In this document: positions 1 to 8,961 of the stretch, piece after piece
How positions within the stretch are numbered: position 1 is the stretch's first letter
How the letters are laid out: the number at the start of each line of letters is the position of its first letter
Assembly: GCA_965223845.1 (NCBI GenBank)
Contig: CBDCXR010000004.1
Span: 2,144,001 to 2,208,000 of the forward strand
Direction: 5' to 3'
Length of the DNA: 64,000 nt
Source of the DNA: Planctomycetota bacterium
Lineage (GTDB): Bacteria; Planctomycetota; UBA8108; SXIK01
Translations under genes and position numbers: made by a program
Notes under the pieces: generated by a model
Told to the model about the DNA's origin: nothing
Seen by the model: only the letters and a program-made list of their open reading frames with translations
Databases searched by the model: none

Positions 1-1
1 C

Positions 2-538
2 GACGACGGGGTGGTCGTGTATCTGAATGGAACGGAGATCGACCGGCGACAGATGCCGGGAGGGACGATCACACGGCAAACGACGGCCGCGGCGTCCGGC
101 GAATCCAACGTCGCGACGTGGACGCTCCCGCGAGCCGAATTCGTGGAGGGGGAAAACGTGCTCGCCGTGAGCGTTCACAACGCGTCCCTCGGCAGCTCCG
201 ATCTCAGCTTCCACGCGGTGCTCGTCCCGCGCGATGCTTCCACCGCCGTCGATTGCGACCCCGAATCGACGATCCGTCGCGGCGACGCGAACGACGACGG
301 CGACCTCAACATCGCCGACGCGCTGTTCACTCTCGCCTATCTGTTCGAGGATGGGCCGCCGCCGGAGTGTCTCGACGCGGTCGACGCAAACGACGACGGG
401 CGGGCGGAAATCAGCGATGCGCTCGCGATTCTCCTTCACCTCTTCGTCGGAAGGGCTCTCCCGCCTCCCGTAGGCACGTGCGCAGAGGATCCGACGCCGG
501 ACGACATTCGGGATTGCGTACTTCGACAGTGTGAGTGA
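2..538 (+). CDS. 5'-truncated exported protein: beta-sandwich (DDGVVVYLNG motif) plus C-terminal planctomycete-type dockerin domain
   Basis: Frame is open from the window edge. DDGVVVYLNGTEI...GENVLAVSVHN...SSDLSF motif; dockerin pair RRGDANDDGDLNIADA / CLDAVDANDDGRAEISDA. Confidence 0.85.
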   Translation, partial: DDGVVVYLNGTEIDRRQMPGGTITRQTTAAASGESNVATWTLPRAEFVEGENVLAVSVHNASLGSSDLSFHAVLVPRDASTAVDCDPESTIRRGDANDDGDLNIADALFTLAYLFEDGPPPECLDAVDANDDGRAEISDALAILLHLFVGRALPPPVGTCAEDPTPDDIRDCVLRQCE

Positions 539-610
539 GCTCGGCGGATCCGAGCGACGGGGCCGTTCTCCGGCGCGCACGCCGCCGCGGATCTCGATGC
601 GGGCTGCACG

Positions 611-1207
611 ATGAAGAGACGGCTGTTCGACCAGCGCGTAAACGTTGAGGAGAACGCGCGCGGCGTCACCATCGAAGCTCGCGCCGACACTTCTCGCTGG
701 CTCACGGCGCTGTTCTTTCTCACGATTCTGGCCGCGATCTCCGCGCCCGTATTCTATGGATTCAGCCGGACCACGATCGATCCGGGGAACCGCATCTTCT
801 TCGTCGCCGGTGCCGCGGCCGGCGGATTCGCTCTCATCCTCGGAGTCGCTGCGTGCTTCTTCGCGTTCCATCTTCGGCGCGTGCGAGTCGAAGTTGATTC
901 CGCCGCGGGAGTCTGTCGCATAACGCGATTTCGCAGCGTTTCGATTCCGCTGGGGGAGATCTCCGCCGTCGAGCTCAAGACCGGCGGTGACGGGGACGCG
1001 GGCGCCGCATGCTTCTCCCTTCGCCGCCTCGATTCTCGATCACTGCCCCTCTTCCATTGCTCGTTCGTGGAATCGGACGGATCGCTCCCTGGAATGGAGG
1101 GGTGTCGCGATTTCGGTCAGTCGCTAGCGGAGCGACTCCGGACGCGACTCATCGAAGCCGACGCTCGTCCGCGACGAGCTACGCGAAGAGTGGAACCCGA
1201 AGATTGA
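611..1207 (+). CDS. Hypothetical membrane protein (2 TM helices plus PH-like soluble domain)
   Basis: ATG start; hydrophobic segments WLTALFFLTILAAISAPVF and IFFVAGAAAGGFALILGVAACFFAF. Confidence 0.65.
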   Translation: MKRRLFDQRVNVEENARGVTIEARADTSRWLTALFFLTILAAISAPVFYGFSRTTIDPGNRIFFVAGAAAGGFALILGVAACFFAFHLRRVRVEVDSAAGVCRITRFRSVSIPLGEISAVELKTGGDGDAGAACFSLRRLDSRSLPLFHCSFVESDGSLPGMEGCRDFGQSLAERLRTRLIEADARPRRATRRVEPED

Positions 1208-1234
1208 CTCCCTCGGGTGTACTCCCGATCCCGT

Positions 1235-3238
1235 TCAGAGCGACTCGATGAACGCGACGAGATCCCGCAGTTCGTCGTCGCTCAGTCCTTCGGCTTCGCG
1301 ATGAAACTCAGGTACCGCAGTTCCGCGGAAGACATCGCCGATGGACCTCGCGTTCGCGCCGTGAAGGTGACGCGGGACGTCACGGATTCCGCGTAGGGCG
1401 GGAGGATTGAACGTAGGCCGCAACACGTCCGTCGCGAGTGCGGGGTTCGCCGGCCGACGCGAAGTGTAAGTCGGCGGCCGATGGCAGCGCCCGCACCCGA
1501 GGTCGTCGAAGCGCGCGCGGCCTCGCGCGACGGACTCGCCGTTCGCGCTTTCGGCGAGAGCGGGCGATGGAAACCTCAGAGTCTTCAAGTACGCGATGAC
1601 GGCGTCGACTTCATCCCGCGTCGGCGGTGAGTCCGCCGCCATGGTGTGGTGAAGAGATGACTCGACCTTGTCTTCGAGCGTTTCGAAACGTCCCAGCCAA
1701 GACCATGGTCCAGTTTCCGCAACGCCGCGAAGACTCGGAACGCGGAGCGGACGCCACGCGAGGATATCGGGAACGACGAAGCGGTGGCCGTCGCTGCCGC
1801 CGCCGGGATGGCAGCTTTCGCAGCTGTACCAAGCGCCGCGCGAACGACGCGCGTCGAAGTAGATCGTCGCGCCGCGGTGCGCGAGCGTCGGCCGCGGTGG
1901 GGGACCGAGCCGGATCGTGCGGCGCACCTCGCGCCGAATGAGATCGACCTCGACGATCGTGTCGTCGAGGTAGCAAGAGACGAATACGCTCTTCCCGTCC
2001 GGATGGAGGGCAAGCGCCGAAGGACGCCGCCCCACGTCGACCGAGGGAAGCGCCGAGCCGCGAGTGAGCGAAGCCGCGCGCTCGGCCGATGCCGGCTCGA
2101 CGTCCGCGAAGACGAGACGATCCGTGCCACCCGAAGCGACGACGATCGTCCGCGCCGTGTCCGCGTCTTCCGATCCAGCTCGGGTGGTTCCGCGCGGAGA
2201 GTCGACGACGACGAGGTCCGTCGGATCGCCAATCGCGCTCTCCCGTTGGTCGAGTGCGACGATCCAATCGAAGTCTCGCGACTTGGCGCCGGGACCCGGC
2301 GCGTCCCCGAGTCCGGAGAGCGCGACACCGGTAATTCGATTCGCGAGGATCTGCCCCCAGGAGAGCGCCTCTTGCGAGATCGGACACTCTGTCGCCTGGA
2401 CCATGTGCGAGACGGCGACCCAATCCGCGAAGCGAGCCAGTCCAGAGATATTCCGGGCGCCGCGATGCGCGAACGCGAGAACGTGCGACCGAACCGCGCC
2501 GCTCTCGAGGTCGATGACGCCGAGATCCGTTCGACCGGCGACGAGCGCTCGCACGGAACCATCGCGCCGAGCGCCGACATCGTCCACGACGAGCAATCGA
2601 CGCGCACCTTCGACCGCGCGAATTCGGCGGACGAGTCGCATCGCGCGGGCATCGACATCCCACACCTCGCTCGAACCTCGGCAGGCGACGAGCAATCCCT
2701 CGCCGCCGCGCCAGAAAACGACGTCGGCCGGCAGCCGCCCCACGACGAGCGAGCCGCGGTGAACCCAACGATCCTGCGCCGCCTCGAGTAGAGTCACTCG
2801 GTGGGCGAACGACTCCGCTACGGCGACCGTGAAACTCTCGCCCTTCTTCGCAAGCGCCAGTCGTGCGGGTCGTCCGCCGGGAACGAGGGCGATTTCATCC
2901 ACCACGCTTCCCGCCCGTGCGTCGACGAGCGAGACCGTCCCCGACTCCTCGTTAGCGACGGCGAGCCACCGTCCGTCGGGAGAGACGACCACGTCGGCGG
3001 GGTATCGCGGGCGGGCGATCTTGGCTTCAGCGCCCGAACCGGCGCGCGGCGACGACGTCCGCGGGGAATCATCCGGAAGCGCGACCCTCCCCGAAAAAGT
3101 GAGAAGGATGCTCATCGCTGCGATGCAGAGCAGACGGAGAGATCGTGCGCGCGACGGACTCCGTTCCTTGGGGGATTCCTCGCGCTCCGTTCTCGCCAAC
3201 TTGATCGCTCCTCGAGATCGTCGTCGAATCTGGCTCAT
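1235..3238 (-). CDS. YVTN-type beta-propeller fused to a di-heme cytochrome c (CCP/MauG-like) domain, exported
   Basis: Propeller blades (VSPDGRWLAVANEESGTVSLVD, LHPDGKSVFVSC); two CxxCH motifs (CESCH, CGRCH); VPSLRGV and PALRG motifs; signal-like N-terminus. Confidence 0.85.
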   Translation of the reverse strand: MSQIRRRSRGAIKLARTEREESPKERSPSRARSLRLLCIAAMSILLTFSGRVALPDDSPRTSSPRAGSGAEAKIARPRYPADVVVSPDGRWLAVANEESGTVSLVDARAGSVVDEIALVPGGRPARLALAKKGESFTVAVAESFAHRVTLLEAAQDRWVHRGSLVVGRLPADVVFWRGGEGLLVACRGSSEVWDVDARAMRLVRRIRAVEGARRLLVVDDVGARRDGSVRALVAGRTDLGVIDLESGAVRSHVLAFAHRGARNISGLARFADWVAVSHMVQATECPISQEALSWGQILANRITGVALSGLGDAPGPGAKSRDFDWIVALDQRESAIGDPTDLVVVDSPRGTTRAGSEDADTARTIVVASGGTDRLVFADVEPASAERAASLTRGSALPSVDVGRRPSALALHPDGKSVFVSCYLDDTIVEVDLIRREVRRTIRLGPPPRPTLAHRGATIYFDARRSRGAWYSCESCHPGGGSDGHRFVVPDILAWRPLRVPSLRGVAETGPWSWLGRFETLEDKVESSLHHTMAADSPPTRDEVDAVIAYLKTLRFPSPALAESANGESVARGRARFDDLGCGRCHRPPTYTSRRPANPALATDVLRPTFNPPALRGIRDVPRHLHGANARSIGDVFRGTAVPEFHREAEGLSDDELRDLVAFIESL

Positions 3239-3453
3239 CGCCGATCGATTCTCACCGCGAGAACGGAACGGCGCGATTCCTTCGTCCGACTGAGTTTACT
3301 CGGCGCGGGGCGGCAGTGTAGATGTTAGTGACCGTTTCCGAGCTGACTCTGACGGTGGCGATGGCCTCCGGCCGGGCACCGAATGCCCGCCGGAGTCTCA
3401 GGCGCGGCCGGGCTCTCTCGGCTCGAGCAGTTCCCTCTCCCGAAAGGACTCCC

Positions 3454-4593
3454 ATGACGAAGCAAATGACGGCCGCCGTGCTGGCCTCTTTCATCGCGCT
3501 CACCGCGCCCTCCTGCGAACTCGTGCGCGAGCTCACGTCGTCCTCGAACATCGATGTCGACGACTTCGGCAAGCTCGAGGATGGCACCGAGATCAAGATC
3601 TATACGGTCACGAACAAGAACGGCGTCCGCGCCAAGCTTACGACCTACGGCGCGATACTGACGGAGCTCCACGTTCCCGATCGCGAAGGCAAGCTCGCCG
3701 ACGTCGTTCTCGGCTTCGACACGCTCGAGGGGTATCTCGCCGGGCACCCGTTTTTCGGGGCGACCACCGGCCGCGTTGCCAATCGCATCGCGAAGGGGAA
3801 GTTCACGCTCAACGGGACGGACTACCAACTCGCCGTCAACAACGGCCCGAACCATCTTCACGGTGGCAACGTCGGACTCGACAAGCGCGTCTGGGAGTCC
3901 GAGCCCTGGACCGGGAACGCGGAACGCGGCGTCCTATTCTCGTACGTGAGTCCCGACAAGGAAGAGAACTACCCGGGGACCCTGACCATCGCGGTCAAGT
4001 ACGTCCTCACCGACGAGGACGAACTTCGCATCGAGTACACCGCAACGACCGACAAGGCGACGCCCGTCAACCTCACTCACCACTCGTACTTCAACCTGGC
4101 GGGAGCGGGCGCCGAGACGGTTCTCGATCACGAGCTGAAGATCGTCGCCGAGAACTACACGCCCGTCGACGACACGCTCATTCCGACCGGGGCAATCGCG
4201 CCGGTCGAGGGGACGCCGCTCGATTTCCGTACGGCGAAAGTCGTCGGAGCGCGCATCGCTGAGCTCGACGGGCCGACGAACGGCTACGACCACAACTTCG
4301 TGCTCGACAATCAGAACGGCGACCTCGCGCTCGCGGCGGTTCTCCGCGACCCTGCGAGTGGACGCACGATGGAGCTGTGGACCACGGAACCGGGGCTCCA
4401 GCTCTACACGGGGAACTTTCTCGACGGCTCGAACGTCGGGAAAGGCGAGAATCCGTACCCGCACCGGTCGGCGCTCTGCCTCGAGGCCCAGCACTACCCG
4501 GATTCAGTCAATCGCCCGGAGTTCCCGTCGACGATTCTGAAGCCCGGGGAAACCTACACGCAGACGACGGTGCATAGATTCATCGCGGAGTGA
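3454..4593 (+). CDS. galM: Aldose 1-epimerase (galactose mutarotase), with possible lipoprotein signal
   Basis: GRVANRIA, NHLHGG, VNLTHHSYFNL, GYDHNF, CLEAQHYPDS motifs; ATG 3454 after AAAGGA RBS. Confidence 0.95.
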   Translation: MTKQMTAAVLASFIALTAPSCELVRELTSSSNIDVDDFGKLEDGTEIKIYTVTNKNGVRAKLTTYGAILTELHVPDREGKLADVVLGFDTLEGYLAGHPFFGATTGRVANRIAKGKFTLNGTDYQLAVNNGPNHLHGGNVGLDKRVWESEPWTGNAERGVLFSYVSPDKEENYPGTLTIAVKYVLTDEDELRIEYTATTDKATPVNLTHHSYFNLAGAGAETVLDHELKIVAENYTPVDDTLIPTGAIAPVEGTPLDFRTAKVVGARIAELDGPTNGYDHNFVLDNQNGDLALAAVLRDPASGRTMELWTTEPGLQLYTGNFLDGSNVGKGENPYPHRSALCLEAQHYPDSVNRPEFPSTILKPGETYTQTTVHRFIAE

Positions 4594-4798
4594 TGGGTCC
4601 GGACGTGAGTCCTCCGGCCGGTACACGAGAGGGAGATTGTTCGGTCGAATCGACCCGAAGCTCGCGGAGGACGGGCGACTCTTTAGCGTCATAGAGCCAC
4701 GATGTCACGTACGATGCGGAGATCCTGTAGTTCGACATGAGCGAGCCTTCGGCTCGTATGCACCTGAAACGACGCGCCGCCTGGTCCGGAGGTGTCCG

Positions 4799-6268
4799 GT
4801 GAACAGAACCGAGAATCGAGCGGACTCTCGCGCTGATTTCAGAAGGAACTCTGCGCCGAGCAGAACTCACGGCCTGGGGTGGCGCCGCGGCTGGGTGCTG
4901 CAGTTCTTGTGCTCGTTCCTTTTCGCTCTCGATGTCCCTTCACTCTTCGCTCAGGGCGACGGTCCGGATTTCACGCGGCCCACGGCCGTCGCGGCCGAGT
5001 CATCGGGGGATACCGCAGGCTCGCTCGTCGTGATCGACGGTAAGAGTCTCATCCGAGTCGACCCGCGCTCCGGCGATCGGACGATTCTCTCGGGCTTAGA
5101 CCCCGAGGAATTGGATCTCGTCGGCGAGGGTCCGGAATTGCGAACCCCCACGGCGATCGCCGTCGAGCCAGCGGGTGAAACCGCGGGCCAGCTCGTCATC
5201 GCCGGCAACCGCGTCCTTCGTGTGGACCCCGCCTCGGGCGACCGCACGGTTGTTTCGAACCGCACCGGGATCAACGCGATCGCGGTCGAGACGTCGGGTA
5301 GAACCGCGGGCCAGCTCGTCGGCGTCCAGACGGACTGGGAGAATCTCGTTCGTTTGGACCCTCAGACCGGCGAAATCTCGATTCTCTCTGGATTCGACCC
5401 CGATCAGGAGCGCGTAGTCGGAGACGGACCGGGTCTTGATCCCACTTCCGGTTTTAACAACGATCTCGGCTACGATACCAGCGAGTGGAGGACCGTGGCG
5501 ATCGCGGTCGAAACCGCCGGCGAGACCGCCGGTCAGCTCGTCGTCGTTGAGCATAGCCTCAATCAGGCCGCTGCTCCGAGCGTGCTTCTTCGAGTCGACC
5601 CGGAGACGGGTGACCGCGCGATTCTCTCTGGATACGCGAGAGAACTCATCGGCGAAGGAACGGACTTTGACAAGCCCGTGGCGATCGCGGTCGAGGCATC
5701 CGGGAATCTCGTCGTCGTCAATCAATCGAACGGTCGACGCCCAGCTTTCCTTCTTCGCGTGAACCCATCGACGGGGAACCGGACGCTTCTTTCCGGTGAG
5801 GTGAGAGGAGGAGAGACAGCAGGCGAGGGGCCGGAATTCGACGAGCCCGTGGCGGTTGCGGTCGAGACCACCGGCGAGACGGCGGGGCATCTCGTCGTCG
5901 TCAACCGCGGGTCGAAACGCCTCCTCAGTGTCGATCCGATGACGGGCGATCGGACCGCGCTCAGCTCCGCCACCGCCTCGCTGCCCATTTTTCTTCGCGG
6001 GGACTGTAACGGCGACCGCCGGCTCAATCTCGCCGATCCGATTTTTCATCTTCTGTTTAACTTTGTCGGCAACGTGGAGTTGATCTGCCGCGCGGCGTGC
6101 GACGCCAACGGAGACGCGGAGCTCGGAGGGAGCTCGGATGCGCTCTATCTGCTCAACTTTCTCTTTCGCGGCGGCCCCGCTCCGCCCACGCCGTTTCCTC
6201 GTTGCGGGAGGAGCTCGGACGCCGCGGACGCGACGCTCGGCTGCGAGATCGAGCGTTTGTGCCCGTAG
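4799..6268 (+). CDS. Exported six-repeat beta-propeller-like protein with C-terminal dockerin
   Basis: Six repeats of P.AIAVE..G.TAGQLVV...LLRVDP.TGDRT.LSG; dockerin FLRGDCNGD...CRAACDANGD; GTG 4799 follows GGAGG. Confidence 0.8.
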   Translation: MNRTENRADSRADFRRNSAPSRTHGLGWRRGWVLQFLCSFLFALDVPSLFAQGDGPDFTRPTAVAAESSGDTAGSLVVIDGKSLIRVDPRSGDRTILSGLDPEELDLVGEGPELRTPTAIAVEPAGETAGQLVIAGNRVLRVDPASGDRTVVSNRTGINAIAVETSGRTAGQLVGVQTDWENLVRLDPQTGEISILSGFDPDQERVVGDGPGLDPTSGFNNDLGYDTSEWRTVAIAVETAGETAGQLVVVEHSLNQAAAPSVLLRVDPETGDRAILSGYARELIGEGTDFDKPVAIAVEASGNLVVVNQSNGRRPAFLLRVNPSTGNRTLLSGEVRGGETAGEGPEFDEPVAVAVETTGETAGHLVVVNRGSKRLLSVDPMTGDRTALSSATASLPIFLRGDCNGDRRLNLADPIFHLLFNFVGNVELICRAACDANGDAELGGSSDALYLLNFLFRGGPAPPTPFPRCGRSSDAADATLGCEIERLCP

Positions 6269-6293
6269 AGGATCGGAGTTGCGTCCGACGGCC

Positions 6294-6339
6294 GACGATA
6301 GCCCGCTCAGAGAGGACGATAGCCCGCCCAGAGAGGACG
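6294..6339. repeat. 21-bp tandem direct repeat (about 2.2 copies)
   Basis: gacgatagcccgctcagagag / gacgatagcccgcccagagag / gacg. Confidence 0.8.
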
Positions 6340-6462
6340 GCGCTCCGATCGGACGAATCCAGGTTCTTTGCTCGGGCTCCCGGAGATCGTTCGGCTACCA
6401 TGAGAGCCTCGAGCCGGAAGAACCGGCCAACGATTTCTACTCCATTCGACACGGTGGATCTC

Positions 6463-7347
6463 ATGCGAGCTTCGATCCTCATCGCGCCCCTCCTCCTCAC
6501 CGCCTTCAGCTCCCTCGCAGCGGACGAGTCCGCTCGGAAGTCTTCGGCCGCGGCGAAGGACGCGAACACGCCCCCGCTCAAGGCTCTCCTCATCACCGGC
6601 GGCTGCTGCCACGACTACAAGAACCAGATCAAGATCCTCACCGAGTCCCTGAGCGCGCGAGTCCGCGTCGAGTGGAAAGTCGTCCACGGACCAAACGAGC
6701 GGAAGAAGCTACTCGACGTCTACGCGAAAGATGACTGGGCGAAGGGCTTCGACGTCATCGTTCACAACGAGTGCTACGGAGCGGTGGACGACATCGAGTA
6801 CGTCGAGCGCATCGCTCGCGCGCACTTCGAAGGGACGGCGGGCGTCGCGATCCACTGCTCGATGCACAGCTACCGCGCCGCGGCCACCGACGAGTGGCGG
6901 AAGTGCCTCGGCGTGACGTCACGCCGGCACGAGCGCCACCGTCCCGTCGAGGTGAAGCGGGTGGCGAAGAAGCACCCCGTCCTCCGCGGATTCCCGGACA
7001 CGTGGAAGACACCCAAGGGCGAGCTCTACATGATCGAGAAGGTCTGGCCCGAAGCCGAAGTCCTCTGCACTGCGTGGGGCGCCGACACGAAGAAGGATCA
7101 CCCCGTCGTCTGGACGAACACGTACGGCGCCGGACGCATGTTCGTCACGACGCTCGGCCACCATAACGAAACGATGTCGGAGAAGGTGTACCTCGATCTG
7201 GTCGCGCGCGGGCTCCTCTGGGCCTGCGACAAGCTCGACAAGAACGGAAACCCGCTCAAGGAGTACGTGGCGAAACCGGCGGGCGGCAAGAGCGGCTCCG
7301 CCGGAGAGAAACCCGCAGGAACGAAGCCCGAGAAGGACGAGTCATGA
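6463..7347 (+). CDS. ThuA (trehalose-utilisation, class I GAT-like) domain protein, exported
   Basis: LLITGGCCHDY, FDVIVHNEC, IHCSMHSYR, HPVVWTNTYG.GR.FVTTLGH motifs; signal peptide; stop overlaps next ATG (ATGA). Confidence 0.9.
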   Translation: MRASILIAPLLLTAFSSLAADESARKSSAAAKDANTPPLKALLITGGCCHDYKNQIKILTESLSARVRVEWKVVHGPNERKKLLDVYAKDDWAKGFDVIVHNECYGAVDDIEYVERIARAHFEGTAGVAIHCSMHSYRAAATDEWRKCLGVTSRRHERHRPVEVKRVAKKHPVLRGFPDTWKTPKGELYMIEKVWPEAEVLCTAWGADTKKDHPVVWTNTYGAGRMFVTTLGHHNETMSEKVYLDLVARGLLWACDKLDKNGNPLKEYVAKPAGGKSGSAGEKPAGTKPEKDES

Positions 7348-8702
7348 GCGAGATCAACCGCCGACACTTCCTCGCGCGATCCACGCGAACGATCGTGGGC
7401 CTCGGTGCTGCAGCGGCGACCGGTCCGGGCCTCGCGCGCGCGACCTCCGCGTCCGACAAGGTACGTCTCGCGGCGATCGGAATCGGCGGGCGCTGCTCAT
7501 CGCTCATCCGCGGTTTCCTCGAGCGCTCCGATGTCGAGATCGTGAGTCTTTGCGACGTGTATCCGGCGCGCGACACCGTCCAATCGATGGCGAAATACGT
7601 CGAGGACAAGCAGAGCCGTCGCCCGGAGGTCGTTCAAGAATTTCGCCGCGTGTTAGACAGTCAAGACGTCGACGCCGTCATCGTCGGCACCCCGGACCAC
7701 TGGCACGCGCCGATGTCGATCTTCGCCTGCCAAGCCGAGAAGGACGTCTACGTCGAGAAACCGCCGTCCCACAACATTTGGGAAGGGCGAAAGATGGTCG
7801 AGGCGGCGCGACGCTACAACCGCGTCGTCCAAGTCGGCACGCAGAATCGTAGCGCGCCCTACGTTCAGGCTGCGGCGGAGATGATCGCCGCGGGTGAGAT
7901 CGGAACGATCCATCTCTGCAAGGTCTTCAACATGAAGCCGGGCGGACCGTACCGGAAGACTCCCGACGGGAAGCCGCGGGCGGGAATGGACTACGCCACT
8001 TGGCTCGGCCCGGTGAGTCCGCGACCCTACAACGACCGAATCGTCTACGGCGGCGGCTGGCACCAGTACTGGGACTTCTCGGGCGGCGACATGGCGGACG
8101 ACGGCGTTCACCAGCTCGACATCGCGCGCTGGCTCATCGGGCGCGACGTCCCGCACGCCGTCCATGCGACAGGGGGCAACTTTGCGTTCGACGACGATCG
8201 CGAGACACCGGACCTTCAAGTCGTATCGTTCGACTTCGATGATCTCGTCATGACGTTCGAGCTCACGCAGTACCTCCCGTACATGAAGAAGACGAACGGA
8301 CAGATCCGCTTCGGCAAGGCGTTCCCGCACTGGCCGCAGAACGCGACGCGCATCGAGCTCTACGGCACGAAGAATCTGATGGTCCTCGGTCGCCACGGCG
8401 GTGGGTGGCAGGTCTTCACCGGCGACGGGAAGGTGGTGAAGCAGCAGTACGGGAGTTTCCCGGATGACGTCCACAAGGAAGACTTCATCCGCGCCATCCG
8501 GAGTCGCGAGCGCCCGAGCGCCGACGTTGAAGAAGGACACCGGAGTGCGATGCTCGTTCACCTCGGGAACATCGCGTACCGCGTGGGACGGCGGAAGCTG
8601 GCCTTCGACAAGAAAGCCGAGCGATTCGTGGGTGACGACGATGCCAACCGCCTCGTCCGGCGTGACCACCGCGGGCCCTTCTCCGTTCCGGACACGGTCT
8701 GA
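7344..8702 (+). CDS. Gfo/Idh/MocA family oxidoreductase with Tat signal
   Basis: NRRHFL twin-arginine; IGIGGR; TPDHWH; VYVEKP; VQVGTQNRS. Confidence 0.95.
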   Translation: MSEINRRHFLARSTRTIVGLGAAAATGPGLARATSASDKVRLAAIGIGGRCSSLIRGFLERSDVEIVSLCDVYPARDTVQSMAKYVEDKQSRRPEVVQEFRRVLDSQDVDAVIVGTPDHWHAPMSIFACQAEKDVYVEKPPSHNIWEGRKMVEAARRYNRVVQVGTQNRSAPYVQAAAEMIAAGEIGTIHLCKVFNMKPGGPYRKTPDGKPRAGMDYATWLGPVSPRPYNDRIVYGGGWHQYWDFSGGDMADDGVHQLDIARWLIGRDVPHAVHATGGNFAFDDDRETPDLQVVSFDFDDLVMTFELTQYLPYMKKTNGQIRFGKAFPHWPQNATRIELYGTKNLMVLGRHGGGWQVFTGDGKVVKQQYGSFPDDVHKEDFIRAIRSRERPSADVEEGHRSAMLVHLGNIAYRVGRRKLAFDKKAERFVGDDDANRLVRRDHRGPFSVPDTV

Positions 8703-8961
8703 GCTTGCGCTCGGCGCCGCGGCGAGCCCCACACGACCGCGGTGTCCCGGAGGGGATCTCGGGGTTGTTCGGTACGGCTCCTCGTCGGCGCGCGCGAGCG
8801 GGGAATCCCGTATGGAAATGGCTCGATCGCTCGCGTATCGTGGGGGAGCGTGAGGATGGAAGGGTTTCGCGGACCACGTGCTCGCCACCGGCGAGCCGAG
8901 ACGCTGTCCGCCCACACCGAGTCACGAATTGCCTGTCCTAGGAAATGGAGAAACGAGCGCA

